NCBI GenBank assembly: GCA_963714975.1
Contig: CAVQQD010000001.1
Span: forward strand, 160,001-224,000
Reading direction: 5' to 3'
Origin: an uncultured Gammaproteobacteria bacterium
GTDB taxonomy: Bacteria; Pseudomonadota; Gammaproteobacteria; JAURND01
DNA length: 64,000 nucleotides
Shown piece by piece: positions 39,663-49,957 of the stretch (positions within the stretch are counted from its first letter, which is position 1; every line of letters begins with the position of its first letter). The notes under the pieces were generated by a model that worked only from the letters and a program-made list of their open reading frames with translations, had not been told where the DNA came from and did not search any database. The position numbers and the translations under genes were made by a program.

Positions 39663-41296
39663 TATTTTAACGCTCGATAGCGTCTTATAAGTTTATTAGT
39701 AGAGCTATCGTGCTCAAGCTCTGGTTCTGCAGGGCTTTCAAGCTCAGGAATGATGCACGCAGCAAGTTCTTTGCCTAACTCTACTCCCCACTGATCAAAA
39801 GAGTTGATTTGCCAAATGACTCCCTGGGTAAACACGCTATGTTCATAGAGTGCAACTAATTTGCCTAAATTAGCCGGCGTTAGTACATCCATGAACAAAA
39901 TACTGGAGGGGCGATTGCCGCTAAAACTGCGGTATGGTTCAGCATTTTCAATTTTGCCAAACGCTAAGGCTTCTGCTTGAGCCAGCATATTGGCAATCAA
40001 CAAATCATGGTGGCGACCCAGTGGGTTTAGTGATTTGCCAAAAGCAATAAAGTCGCAGGGAATGAGCTTGGTGCCCTGATGGATTAATTGATAAAACGAA
40101 TGCTGTCCGTTGGTTCCAGGTTCTCCCCAATAAATAGGTCCAGTTTGATAATTTACTGTTTTTCCCGTCAAAGTCGTAGATTTACCGTTACTTTCCATAG
40201 TTAATTGCTGCAAATAGGCTGGAAAATACTTCAGATATTGTTCATAGGGCAGTACCGCTACCGTCTCCGTCTGAAAAAAATTGTTGTACCAAATACTAAT
40301 CAATGCCATCAACACGGGTAAATTTTGACTAAAAGGCGCTGTGCGAAAATGTTCATCCATTTGATGAAAGCCATCTAGCATCTCATAAAAGTGGTCTGGA
40401 CCGATCGCAATCATAGTAGAAAGGCCAATTGCAGAATCCATGGAGTAACGGCCGCCCACCCAATCCCAAAACTCAAACATATGATTAATATCAATCCCAA
40501 ATTCTTGTACCAGCTGCGCATTAGTTGAAACGGCAACAAAATGCCTAGCAATCGCCGGAGTATCTTTTAATCTAGCGAGTAACCAATCACGCGCGGTACG
40601 AGCATTGGTCATCGTTTCCAGCGTGGTAAAGGTTTTGGAGGAAATAATAAATAAGGTTTCTTCTGGATTCAGATCCTGAGTGGCTTCGACAAAATCGGTG
40701 CTATCGACATTGGAAATAAACCGGAAATTAAGATTACGCTGGCTATAGTGGCGTAAAGCTTCATAGCTCATTGCCGGACCTAGCTCAGAGCCACCAATGC
40801 CAATATTAATGATATTACGCACTGGTTTACCGGTGTACCCTTGCCATTCCCCTGCACGTACTTGCCTGGCAAATGCCGACATTTTTTGCAAAACCGCATG
40901 AACCTGAGCCACCACATCAACCCCATCAACCCACAGGGAGCTTGCGCTAGGTAATCGTAATGCCACATGCAACACCGGGCGCTGCTCCGTGACATTGATT
41001 TTCGCCCCTTGAAACATAGCTTCGATATGAGATGCTAGTTGAGATTCTTCAGCGAGCTGAATGAGTAATTGCAAGGTTTGCTGGTTGAGTCGGTGCTTAG
41101 AATAATCAAAGTAAATGCCCACTGCTTCAACCGCCATGGATTCCCCACGCTTAGGATCTTCAGCAAATAGCTGACGCAGGTGAACATCACGCATTTGTGT
41201 ATAATGCGCATTCAGCGCCTGCCATGCATGCAACTTTGTGGGCAAAAGGGGTTCTATGATCATTTGAGGCTCCTCTAAAAAGCAAAATTGTAGCAC
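39662..41296 (-). CDS. pgi: Glucose-6-phosphate isomerase
   Basis: [41 protein letters not shown]. Confidence 0.97.
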   Translation of the reverse strand: MLQFCFLEEPQMIIEPLLPTKLHAWQALNAHYTQMRDVHLRQLFAEDPKRGESMAVEAVGIYFDYSKHRLNQQTLQLLIQLAEESQLASHIEAMFQGAKINVTEQRPVLHVALRLPSASSLWVDGVDVVAQVHAVLQKMSAFARQVRAGEWQGYTGKPVRNIINIGIGGSELGPAMSYEALRHYSQRNLNFRFISNVDSTDFVEATQDLNPEETLFIISSKTFTTLETMTNARTARDWLLARLKDTPAIARHFVAVSTNAQLVQEFGIDINHMFEFWDWVGGRYSMDSAIGLSTMIAIGPDHFYEMLDGFHQMDEHFRTAPFSQNLPVLMALISIWYNNFFQTETVAVLPYEQYLKYFPAYLQQLTMESNGKSTTLTGKTVNYQTGPIYWGEPGTNGQHSFYQLIHQGTKLIPCDFIAFGKSLNPLGRHHDLLIANMLAQAEALAFGKIENAEPYRSFSGNRPSSILFMDVLTPANLGKLVALYEHSVFTQGVIWQINSFDQWGVELGKELAACIIPELESPAEPELEHDSSTNKLIRRYRALK

Positions 41297-41380
41297 CTCG
41301 TAGACAAGCTGCCACTTGTTTCTTTTGAGTGACTAGGGTAAGATTTGCTCCCTTTTTAGTCTTTATTGGAGTCAATGGTT

Positions 41381-41818
41381 ATGCGAACGTACAGCGCCAA
41401 TGCGGCCACTGCCACGCAACAATGGGTTCTAGTTGATGCCAGCAATCAAATCTTAGGTCGTTTGGCCTCGAAGATTGCCCATCGATTGCGAGGAAAACAT
41501 AAGGCAATTTATACCCCTCATGTTGATACAGGAGATTTCATCGTCGTCATCAACGCTGAGAAACTTACTGTCACTGGCAATAAACGCCAGGATAAAATGT
41601 ACCACCACAACACCGGCTACCCAGGAGGGATGCGCTCAATTAATTTTAAAGACCGCATGGCGAAAAAGCCGGTGACAATATTAGAACACGCCGTCAAAGG
41701 TATGCTACCCAAAGGTCCTTTGGGAGCAAAAATGTTTAGCAAATTGAAAGTTTATGTGGGCTCTAAGCATCCCCATCAAGCACAAGCTCCACAACCCTTA
41801 GCAGAGAAAGAGGCATAA
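41381..41818 (+). CDS. rplM: 50S ribosomal protein L13
   Basis: [21 protein letters not shown]. Confidence 0.98.
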   Translation: MRTYSANAATATQQWVLVDASNQILGRLASKIAHRLRGKHKAIYTPHVDTGDFIVVINAEKLTVTGNKRQDKMYHHNTGYPGGMRSINFKDRMAKKPVTILEHAVKGMLPKGPLGAKMFSKLKVYVGSKHPHQAQAPQPLAEKEA

Positions 41819-41819
41819 A

Positions 41820-42251
41820 ATGGCAACAGCTATTAACCAAAATTATGGCACTGGTCGCCGCAAAACAGCTACCGCACGGGTTTTTGTTAGACCAGGCCGT
41901 GGCAACATTATGATTAATCATCGTGCCTTAGACCAATACTTTGGTCGCGAAACCTCGCGCATGATCGTGCGCCAACCTTTAGTGCTGTTGGATATTTTAA
42001 ATAAATTTGACCTATACATCACGGTTAAAGGTGGCGGAGGTAGTGGTCAAGCAGGCGCTATTCGTCACGGTATTGCCCGAGCACTAATTGAATACGACGA
42101 ACAAGAAGGCAATGATCGGTCTGAGTCTGATTCCTCTTGGCGAAAACTATTACGTCGCGCTGGATTTGTCACCCGTAATTCCCGCATGGTAGAAAGAAAG
42201 AAGATCGGCTTACACAAAGCGAGAAAGAGACCGCAATACTCTAAACGCTAG
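41820..42251 (+). CDS. rpsI: 30S ribosomal protein S9
   Basis: [25 protein letters not shown]...QYSKR. Confidence 0.98.
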   Translation: MATAINQNYGTGRRKTATARVFVRPGRGNIMINHRALDQYFGRETSRMIVRQPLVLLDILNKFDLYITVKGGGGSGQAGAIRHGIARALIEYDEQEGNDRSESDSSWRKLLRRAGFVTRNSRMVERKKIGLHKARKRPQYSKR

Positions 42252-42257
42252 AACCAT

Positions 42258-42338
42258 AAATCTCCGGCATTATTCCTTCTGCCCTTGCGGGAGAAGGTGG
42301 CCGTAGGCCGGATGAGGGGCTTAGGAGAGGGGGGGGGG
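42258..42338. repeat. Family-A palindromic element between rpsI and tRNA-Gln
   Basis: cggcattattccttct...gggagaaggtggccgtaggccggatgagggg, matches 3894-3976. Confidence 0.88.
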
Positions 42339-42347
42339 ATATATCCT

Positions 42348-42421
42348 TGGGGGATCGTCTAGCGGTAGGACTGTGGACTCTGACTCCACCAACCTAGGTT
42401 CGAATCCTAGTCCCCCAGCCA
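42348..42421 (+). tRNA. tRNA-Gln (CTG)
   Basis: Acceptor tggggga/tccccca, anticodon loop ctCTGac, GGTTCGAATCC, encoded CCA. Confidence 0.96.
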
Positions 42422-42452
42422 TCATTGAAAATAAGAAAATTAGGAGAACAAA

Positions 42453-43085
42453 GTGACTACAGTAAGACGATCCGTTATGACACTTTATTCTGCTGATATG
42501 GATCTTCATAGCCATCGTGTCCGCATTGTACTGGCAGAAAAGGATGTCACTGTCGACATCTTAAACGTAATCAATCATGAATTACCTGAAGATTTGATCC
42601 ATCTCAATCCCTACAACACACTGCCAACCCTCGTCGACCGTGATTTGGTGTTATATAACTCCAACATCATTATGGAATATTTGGATGAGCGTTTTCCCCA
42701 CCCCCCTTTACTTCCGGTGTACCCCGTGGCTCGCGCCAAAAGCCGCTTGATGATGTATCGCATTGATCAAGATTGGTATACCTTGGTGGATCAAATTGAT
42801 CGCGGAAATAAAAAAGATTCTGATGCAGCACGCAAAGAACTGCAAGAAAGCCTTGCCAGGCTAGCCCCCGTGTTTGGCGATTCAGCTTATTTTTTAAGCG
42901 ATGAGTTTTCCCTAATTGATTGTTGTATCGCGCCGATTTTATGGCGCTTGCCGCAACTCAAAGTTGTTTTACCTCCCCAAGCTAAATCCGTATGGAGTTA
43001 TGCGAAACGAATTTTCAAGAAAAGTTCTTTTCAATTAAGCCTCACTGAAGCGGAACGAGAGTTAAAAGCGTTACATGACTTCTAA
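42453..43085 (+). CDS. sspA: Stringent starvation protein A
   Basis: SHRVRIVLAEK, EYLDERFPHPPL.PVYPV. Confidence 0.96.
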   Translation: MTTVRRSVMTLYSADMDLHSHRVRIVLAEKDVTVDILNVINHELPEDLIHLNPYNTLPTLVDRDLVLYNSNIIMEYLDERFPHPPLLPVYPVARAKSRLMMYRIDQDWYTLVDQIDRGNKKDSDAARKELQESLARLAPVFGDSAYFLSDEFSLIDCCIAPILWRLPQLKVVLPPQAKSVWSYAKRIFKKSSFQLSLTEAERELKALHDF

Positions 43086-43473
43086 TAAACCCTATTTAAT
43101 CCGCGCGATGTATGAGTGGATCAGCGATAATGGCTGGACTCCCTATATAGTATTAAATACCCAAATTTTTGGCTGCATGGCGCCTCAAGAAAATATGCAA
43201 AAAGAACAAGTGGTATTTAATATCGCCATGCCAGTGGTGAAGGATTTAGTGCTTGGTAATGACGCCATTGAATTTAAAGCACGCTTTTCCGGAGTAATAC
43301 GTTCGATCTATGCCCCGATCAGTGCAGTTGTAGCTATCTATGCTAAGGAAAATAACCAAGGCATGAGTTTTCATCCTGAAGCACCCAGTGATGGTGAAAC
43401 GGATGGCGGAGAAAGCGGTCAACAGTCTAAGAAAAAGAAACCAGGCAAGCCGCATTTGCAGATTGTTAAATAG
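43075..43473 (+). CDS. sspB: ClpXP specificity-enhancing factor SspB
   Basis: PYLIRA.YEWI.DN..TP, F.ARF.G, C-terminal L.IVK. Confidence 0.96.
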   Translation: MTSNKPYLIRAMYEWISDNGWTPYIVLNTQIFGCMAPQENMQKEQVVFNIAMPVVKDLVLGNDAIEFKARFSGVIRSIYAPISAVVAIYAKENNQGMSFHPEAPSDGETDGGESGQQSKKKKPGKPHLQIVK

Positions 43474-44158
43474 TGGAAAGAGTCTCCACCCTAGCATTTC
43501 TTACGGTTTGTCCGATTTCGCTAAGTTGTTTCCAATCTGCGAAAGCTTCTTGCACTGGGCTGAGCTGAGAGCGGTAGTAAATATACCAGGCTAAACCACC
43601 TAAGCTTAATGCTAAAAATACATCGGCCGCTATTGCTTTGCCATCGGAGAACATAGATTCTTGAAATTGATTGAAAAAATCTATGTTAGTAGGATTGGAT
43701 GGTAAGCTATTGGCATAGGCAATATAGCAAGACGCCGAAATTAATGCATTTAAAATAAATGAGCGCTTAGCCACATCTCGTCCATCTACCACTTCATGAT
43801 AATTTTGTGGTATTTCACCCTGGTAATTTTCTGCCTCTTCGGTAATAACACTGGATCGATATTTTAAGTAAAGGGCTAATAGTAGCATCAAAGCTCCAAT
43901 ACAAACACTCCCTGTGTTTTTCCAAAGTCGCCAAGAATTCGTATCTCCAAGCTCTAAATAAGTTTTTAAAGCAATTATCCCTGAAACAAACATTGTACTC
44001 GCTCCGATTGTAGACAAAATGCCCACTTCACCGCCCCAGTAGGGATGTGAATATTTGGGGTCAAGTTGGGAGGCACTTGACGAGGAGGTTTGTTGTGACA
44101 CTATTACAGTGACTGAATTTGTAGACGCAGTTTGCACAAAAGCTGCAGATTGTTTCAT
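43466..44158 (-). CDS. Orphan 4-TM protein (paralog family, divergent member)
   Basis: Shares YW..E, CYIA, FN...S.F, IA.D...SL..LA.Y...R.Q..P with 53091-53657. Confidence 0.7.
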   Translation of the reverse strand: MKQSAAFVQTASTNSVTVIVSQQTSSSSASQLDPKYSHPYWGGEVGILSTIGASTMFVSGIIALKTYLELGDTNSWRLWKNTGSVCIGALMLLLALYLKYRSSVITEEAENYQGEIPQNYHEVVDGRDVAKRSFILNALISASCYIAYANSLPSNPTNIDFFNQFQESMFSDGKAIAADVFLALSLGGLAWYIYYRSQLSPVQEAFADWKQLSEIGQTVRNARVETLSTI

Positions 44159-44185
44159 AATCTACTCCTATCAAAAATTTGGTTC

Positions 44186-44218
44186 ATTGTAGCAAGCGAA
44201 TATGAAGGATATATTGAG
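44186..44218 (-). promoter_or_regulatory. PmrA-like box with -10 element
   Basis: cTCAATATA-tc-cTTCATATT-N7-TACAAT on the minus strand. Confidence 0.55.
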
Positions 44219-44286
44219 CCACTTCCTCGCAGAAGCCTTCCGCTTCCGCCTACTTTTAACTTTTGTCAAAGAACTCGGCAGGCATA

Positions 44287-44697
44287 TTAAAGTATCTTAG
44301 AACAAAAAAATGCAGGGGTAACAATTTTTACATGTTGAATTTTAGCTTGCTGCAATAATCCCGATCGATGATCACCAGTAATCAAGTAATCTGCATTGCC
44401 TGTGATTGCCATACTAACAAGAAAAGCATCATTAGGGTCGTTTACTTCGTGGTCAATGGTTAATTGCTTTAATATAACCGCACTATGTAGATTATTAATC
44501 ATTGTACCAACTAAGGCAGGCTGCAAAATTTTCTTGAACTTTGGGTAACGACTAGCCCGACGCAATTCATCGAGCTGCAGGGTAGATGTGACCAACTCAA
44601 ATTTAGCAGTTCGCCATCCACGATAAATAATATCCGAATGACCATGCGGCGAAATAAGTGCGCTTAAGAATATATTAGTATCAAGCACCACCCTCAT
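44287..44697 (-). CDS. PIN-domain toxin (PIN_3 type)
   Basis: MRVVLDTN.FLSALI, DP.D..L..A..G.ADYLITGD. Confidence 0.92.
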   Translation of the reverse strand: MRVVLDTNIFLSALISPHGHSDIIYRGWRTAKFELVTSTLQLDELRRASRYPKFKKILQPALVGTMINNLHSAVILKQLTIDHEVNDPNDAFLVSMAITGNADYLITGDHRSGLLQQAKIQHVKIVTPAFFCSKIL

Positions 44698-44945
44698 TCG
44701 TCATCGTCTCTGCTAGCCCAATCAAGTGCCTCCTTAACGATCTCTGTTAATTTATTTTCACTGACACTTATGTTAGCAGCTTTAGCCTGTTCCACTGTTA
44801 AATCCATAATATAGGCACGGACGGCTTGTTCAACAAATCGTGATAGGTCACCTTTTTTTTCGCCACCCTGACTTGCCAAAAATAAACGAAGCGCGTGATC
44901 AGTATCCCGAGATACTGCAATATTCCAATGAATAGGATTGTTCAT
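44694..44945 (-). CDS. Ribbon-helix-helix antitoxin
   Basis: W.I.VS..TD..LR.FLA..G..KGDLS.FVE.AV; overlaps the PIN gene start. Confidence 0.85.
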   Translation of the reverse strand: MNNPIHWNIAVSRDTDHALRLFLASQGGEKKGDLSRFVEQAVRAYIMDLTVEQAKAANISVSENKLTEIVKEALDWASRDDDE

Positions 44946-45035
44946 AAAAACCTCTACAGTAAAAGCTTATACATAAGCACAATTATAGCAGCACTCGCCT
45001 AGACAAGTCTCCCTCGCAAAAGCCTGTCCTGGGCT

Positions 45036-46172
45036 TTAAGCGATTAATTCTCCCGCCCAAAGTTTTTTTAAAAAAATTCTCCAGGGCCAAATGTTTATTC
45101 CATCATGAGTCAAACGCTCGTTGCGATCCAGGCTAATCACAGTATAATTTTGGACTAATCCTTCCTCTTTGAGGGCTCTGATGCCCTTGAGGTGTTTATC
45201 AGTCACAAGATCAGTGCCTTTGATCTCAATTGCTAGCTTATTTCCAAGCACAATATCCACTTCGAAGTGTGAAGTAGAACGCCAATATTGTAATGGCAAG
45301 TCTACACCATGATAGGCGAGAAATGCTCGAAATTCTAAGACAATGAAATGCTCAAAAAGTCGACCAAAAAGTTCTGATTTAGATTCAACTCGGCCACGTC
45401 TGGTAAGAAAATTCACCACACCGATATCAAATAAATAATATTTTGCACGGGTAATGGCCTTGCGCTTTTTGCTGGCTAGAAATGGGGGAACACTAAATCC
45501 AATCAGCGTATCGTTTAAAATTTTGAAATAGGCTTCAACGGTGCGTACCGCCACTCCACAATCACTTGAAATATTGCTGTAATTAATTTCCTCGCCATTG
45601 CAAAGCGCCACCACTTCTAAGAAACGAACAAAACCGGATAAATTACGCGTAAGTGCCTCTGCTTTAATTTCTTCCTGGAGGTAAGTACCTACATAAGCGC
45701 TGAGATAATCACTGACCCCGTCTTGGCCATAAAATTCTGGCAAACCGGTGGTATTCAAATAGGTTAGGAGATCAAAATCGGGAATTTCTTGAAAGGTCAG
45801 TGGGAACAACGATGCTTGATAAGCACGACCTGCCAACAAATTTGCACCACCCTTGCGTAATTTTCTCGCGCTACTGCCGGTCAGTAAAAATTTTTGTTTC
45901 CGTTTTACAATTAACCGCTGCACTTCGTCTAACAAGAGAGGGAGTTTTTGAATTTCATCAATCACCACTAAAGTAGTTGATTTTGTTTCCTGACTGATTA
46001 AGGTAGGGTCTCGGACCAGCCGCTGAAAGACTGATGCATCAAGCAAGTCATAGACTTCAGCATCTGGAAGAGTCTCTGCGATCAGGGTACTTTTTCCAAC
46101 TCCGCGCGGACCGAAGAGAAAATGGCTTCGTTTGCTGAGCAGTTTTGTTAAATCTAAATATCTTGGGTACAT
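45036..46172 (-). CDS. AAA_14 ATPase with DUF4143 domain
   Basis: FLFGPRGVGKST, IDEIQK, LTGSSARKL, EVD....AIEIK; start moved to MYPRY; palindrome atattcagc-N9-gctgaatat at 46182-46208. Confidence 0.9.
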   Translation of the reverse strand: MYPRYLDLTKLLSKRSHFLFGPRGVGKSTLIAETLPDAEVYDLLDASVFQRLVRDPTLISQETKSTTLVVIDEIQKLPLLLDEVQRLIVKRKQKFLLTGSSARKLRKGGANLLAGRAYQASLFPLTFQEIPDFDLLTYLNTTGLPEFYGQDGVSDYLSAYVGTYLQEEIKAEALTRNLSGFVRFLEVVALCNGEEINYSNISSDCGVAVRTVEAYFKILNDTLIGFSVPPFLASKKRKAITRAKYYLFDIGVVNFLTRRGRVESKSELFGRLFEHFIVLEFRAFLAYHGVDLPLQYWRSTSHFEVDIVLGNKLAIEIKGTDLVTDKHLKGIRALKEEGLVQNYTVISLDRNERLTHDGINIWPWRIFLKKLWAGELIA

Positions 46173-46297
46173 TTTATCTCCATATTCAGCTTGTAAGTCG
46201 CTGAATATCATTATAATCGGCAACTTAAGAGATAGTCAAACTCGTCTGAGACCGTCGTTGCGAGGACGAGGACGGTCGACAGTGACCAGTGGGGTAC

Positions 46298-46930
46298 TTA
46301 ACCTTGGGATGATGAAACAGAAAACTCAGGATTAGGATCCGGGTGTAGATCGAACCAAACCTCCTTTGCAGGTTCGGATTTCGCCAAATAATACATATAA
46401 TATGTTGCGACAAATAAAAATAGGGCTGAACCCAGATGGCCTGCTATTAATTCGAAATCGAGATAATTAGGATCTGCACTCATGAGTTTGTTCAAGCTAG
46501 GTGCATAAAAACATATGGCCCAAAAGAGTGCAAAGATAAGCCATATAGAGGCACATCCCCGATGGTTTTTATTAATTCTAATCGCCACTTTTTCTGCATC
46601 GGTAAGTTCTGTAAGTTTAGCAGAAACCTCTTTGATTTCTTTAGACTTCCGAGACAGGCATACTGATAGTGCGATAAGTAATGCTCCGGCCACTAGCAGC
46701 GCAGCCGAGGAAATCCATAAGTGGCTGAGGATATCACGAGTTACCTCCATGGGTATTTCAACATCAAGAATCCCATGGTTATGGAGATATTGGTGATAAC
46801 TGGCAGCGCTCAGGAAGAGCAGCCCCGCGGAACTCGAAACCACTCCTGCTGAGGCGCTTATTCCCGTATGGTAGTGGTAAAAGCCCTTGGGCTCCTGTGC
46901 ATTGTTCTCCACTAGTTCTACACTTGGCAT
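46298..46930 (-). CDS. Orphan 4-TM protein (SYxQYLxNxG family)
   Basis: ASYHQYLHNHG, W.S.A.L.V.G.LL..L, ADPNYL, YMYYLAKSEP. Confidence 0.8.
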   Translation of the reverse strand: MPSVELVENNAQEPKGFYHYHTGISASAGVVSSSAGLLFLSAASYHQYLHNHGILDVEIPMEVTRDILSHLWISSAALLVAGALLIALSVCLSRKSKEIKEVSAKLTELTDAEKVAIRINKNHRGCASIWLIFALFWAICFYAPSLNKLMSADPNYLDFELIAGHLGSALFLFVATYYMYYLAKSEPAKEVWFDLHPDPNPEFSVSSSQG

Positions 46931-47850
46931 AAGCTCTCCCGCAGCTCGGTTTCGTGTTTCTCAGCATCGTCTTTTTCCAGTAAAATTTCAGTTTCGGGCT
47001 GGGCTTTTACCAATGCATAGTACAAATAAATTGAGGTCGCTATAACGCATACCGCTGCAAAAAAATGGGCCACCATCAGCTTGGGATGAAGATAATTAGG
47101 ATCGGCACTTAATAGATTTTCTGCATTAGGGGGATAACAGAATGCAGACAGGATGAACCCCACTAGACTCAACCCTACCGCCCAGTGTCTGCGCTTAACA
47201 TCAGCTCTAAGTTGACTATAGTCTTGTGAGGGATCTAGTGTTGTGGTAGCAACCTTTGCTTCAATCTCTTGCTGCTTATGATACAAGTGTATAGCTAATG
47301 TGATGAGTAATGCACCTGCCACCATTAATACAGAAGAGCCAACCCAGTAGTTGGTGAGGCTATCAATAGCCTCATTGGTAATGCTATCAAGGTCCGGGAT
47401 TTGTTGGTTTTTTAAATATTGATAATAGCTGGCTGCCGCCGTCAAGAGGAGCCCGCCTATAACCAACCATGGCCCAGTTCCGCCACTGAGTTTGATTTGA
47501 TCTTCGTAGTACCCTGCTAATAGCCCGTCGTTTTGTTTTTGTTTTGGTAAATTAGATCCTTGTTTTTCGGCACCACGGTTCTCTGCTTCCTCGGCTTCAG
47601 CTTCAGCTCTTCTACTCAATTCGTTTTTATAAAGACTTGCTGCTATAGAATTACTAAGTATTGCCTGCGCAATAGGATAAAAATGGCTCTCTGGATGGTC
47701 CTGTGCTGTTATGTCAGACAACTTGTTCGCGCTATCTACAAAGAATTCTACCTCAACTTGCTTAAAAGTAGGCTTTTCCTCTGCAAGATAACCCCATATT
47801 TGTCGTGCTACAGCTATTCTCTTGAAACCCTCCTGATCTTGCCCTTGCAT
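46918..47850 (-). CDS. Orphan 4-TM protein (SYxQYLxNxG family)
   Basis: ASYYQYLKNQQ, ADPNYL, YLYYALVKAQPETE. Confidence 0.8.
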   Translation of the reverse strand: MQGQDQEGFKRIAVARQIWGYLAEEKPTFKQVEVEFFVDSANKLSDITAQDHPESHFYPIAQAILSNSIAASLYKNELSRRAEAEAEEAENRGAEKQGSNLPKQKQNDGLLAGYYEDQIKLSGGTGPWLVIGGLLLTAAASYYQYLKNQQIPDLDSITNEAIDSLTNYWVGSSVLMVAGALLITLAIHLYHKQQEIEAKVATTTLDPSQDYSQLRADVKRRHWAVGLSLVGFILSAFCYPPNAENLLSADPNYLHPKLMVAHFFAAVCVIATSIYLYYALVKAQPETEILLEKDDAEKHETELRESLCQV

Positions 47851-47861
47851 AATCGCACCTC

Positions 47862-48953
47862 CTACACATTAAACCTAAAATGAATAATATCCCCATCTTG
47901 GACCAAATACTCCTTGCCTTCTAAGCGTAGTTTACCGGCTTCTTTAGCGCCTTGTTCTCCCTGATAGCGGATAAAATCTGCATAGGAAATGACTTCCGCG
48001 CGAATAAAACCCCGCTCAAAATCAGTATGAATAATCCCAGCGGTTTGTGGGGCGGTGTAGCCACAAGGAAAGGTCCAAGCCCGTACTTCTTTGGGTCCCG
48101 CGGTAAAATAAGTGGCTAAGCCGAGCAAGGCATAGCCCGCACGGATCACCCGATTTAGACCCGGCTCTGCCAAACCCATGCTGGCTAAAAATTCTAATTT
48201 TTCCTCGTCTTTTAACTCGGCAATTTCAGACTCTAAGGCCGCGCAAATCGTCACTACCGCAGCGCCTTCTCGTTTCGCCAGCTCTTCTACCTGCTCCAGA
48301 TAAGGATTATTTTCGAAACCATTTTCAGCTACATTGGCGATATACAGGGTGGGCTTGGCTGTCAAAAGTTGCAGGGGCTGCAGTATTGCTATTGCTGCTT
48401 CCGCTAATTTTAAGCTGCGGACCGGTAAACCTTGATTAAGCTGCTCGCGCACAGTTTGTAAGATCTGTTGCTCTATAAAAGCATTGCGTTGCCCGCTTTT
48501 GACCAGCTTAGCGACTTTATTCAAGGCTTTATCTACGGATTCCAGATCAGCCAAGGCGAGCTCGGTATTCACCACTTCAATATCCGCTACCGGATCCACC
48601 TTCCCTGCCACATGCACCACATCGCTGCCCTCAAAGCAACGGACCACATGCGCAATTGCTTGAGTTTCGCGGATATTCGCCAAAAATTGGTTCCCCAAAC
48701 CTTCCCCTTGCGCAGCGCCTGCTACCAGTCCAGCAATGTCAACAAAGGTCATGGTCGTCGGCACGACACATTGTGGTTTCACTATTGCTGCAATATGTTC
48801 TTGACGCGGATCAGGTACTGGCACGATATCGATATTCGGTTCAATCGTGCAAAACGGATAATTAGCGGCCTCAATTCCCGCTTGGGTGATTGCATTAAAT
48901 AAAGTGGATTTCCCCACATTCGGCAAACCCACGATCCCGCATTTAAATCCCAT
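47862..48953 (-). CDS. ychF: Redox-regulated ATPase YchF
   Basis: [46 protein letters not shown]. Confidence 0.98.
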   Translation of the reverse strand: MGFKCGIVGLPNVGKSTLFNAITQAGIEAANYPFCTIEPNIDIVPVPDPRQEHIAAIVKPQCVVPTTMTFVDIAGLVAGAAQGEGLGNQFLANIRETQAIAHVVRCFEGSDVVHVAGKVDPVADIEVVNTELALADLESVDKALNKVAKLVKSGQRNAFIEQQILQTVREQLNQGLPVRSLKLAEAAIAILQPLQLLTAKPTLYIANVAENGFENNPYLEQVEELAKREGAAVVTICAALESEIAELKDEEKLEFLASMGLAEPGLNRVIRAGYALLGLATYFTAGPKEVRAWTFPCGYTAPQTAGIIHTDFERGFIRAEVISYADFIRYQGEQGAKEAGKLRLEGKEYLVQDGDIIHFRFNV

Positions 48954-48976
48954 AAAAATTAACCTTGTTTAAAAGC

Positions 48977-49897
48977 TTATAGATTGCTTTTGTGCCGCTC
49001 TTGCTGTCTCTCTAGTGCGACCTCCGCTTCGGGTTGGGCTTTCCGCACTGCACAGTACAGATAAACCATGAACGCCATTAAGCATAGAGCTGCGGTAGCT
49101 AAAACTGCTGTTTTCACGGGGTTAAGCTGGAACGGGTTGAATGGGCTGGGGTCATCTATACCCATACAACATCCTCCACATGCTATGAGAGCTAGTACAC
49201 TCAACCCAGCCGCCACGTGTCGTCGGGTCATATTAGTTTTAAGTACTTTAGCCTCCTCCTCCTCTGGCTGAATGTTAGCAAAACTCCGAGGATCTGCTGC
49301 AATTTCAGCGGACCGGCGATACAAATGCTTTGCCAATACGAGTAATGTTATCCCCAGCATCAGGAGCGCAGCCGTGCCAGACCAATAGCTGGTCATGGCA
49401 TCACTTACGGGCACCCCTGCCTCAGGGATAGGCATCCCCTGGTTTTGCAAATATTGGTAATAACTGGATACCGCTATCATGCCTAACCCACCAAAAGTCA
49501 GACCTACACCAGTCCCAAAGCTTAGTTTAGTGTGCAGCTCGTAATATGGTTCGGGGGAGTACTCTTGTGTACGTCGCTTTTTTATTGCTTGTTGCGCCTC
49601 TTCAGCTATTTTACTGTAAGCTACTACCTCTGGCGAAGCAGAGAAAGCCTCATCATCTCCAGCCGCAGCTTGTGTCTTTAGGTACTGATCATAGATACCT
49701 TTTGCAAGGTCGTTAGTTAATATGGCCTGCGCAACCTCACAATCAACCGACTCTGTATTGCCGTCGTTTACCTCATATAAAGATTCGCGACAGCGTAGAG
49801 TTCTCACCAAGCTGTCTTCAGTGAGCCCGAGATGATCCTCATGTAATAAACCATATAATTGCTTTGCCAATGCTTGCTCAGCGGTTTGTTGTCCCAT
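48977..49897 (-). CDS. Orphan 4-TM protein (SYxQYLxNxG family)
   Basis: SSYYQYLQNQG, YLYCAVRKAQPEAEV. Confidence 0.8.
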   Translation of the reverse strand: MGQQTAEQALAKQLYGLLHEDHLGLTEDSLVRTLRCRESLYEVNDGNTESVDCEVAQAILTNDLAKGIYDQYLKTQAAAGDDEAFSASPEVVAYSKIAEEAQQAIKKRRTQEYSPEPYYELHTKLSFGTGVGLTFGGLGMIAVSSYYQYLQNQGMPIPEAGVPVSDAMTSYWSGTAALLMLGITLLVLAKHLYRRSAEIAADPRSFANIQPEEEEAKVLKTNMTRRHVAAGLSVLALIACGGCCMGIDDPSPFNPFQLNPVKTAVLATAALCLMAFMVYLYCAVRKAQPEAEVALERQQERHKSNL

Positions 49898-49957
49898 AGT
49901 CCACCTCTCATAGTGATTTGTAAAAACCCTTCTACCGCTTGCGGGAGAAGATCCTCA

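Noticed and set aside
42348-42421. tRNA-Gln as an island attachment site
   Set aside because: It sits in conserved rplM-rpsI-tRNA-sspAB context, and I saw no duplicated tRNA 3' end
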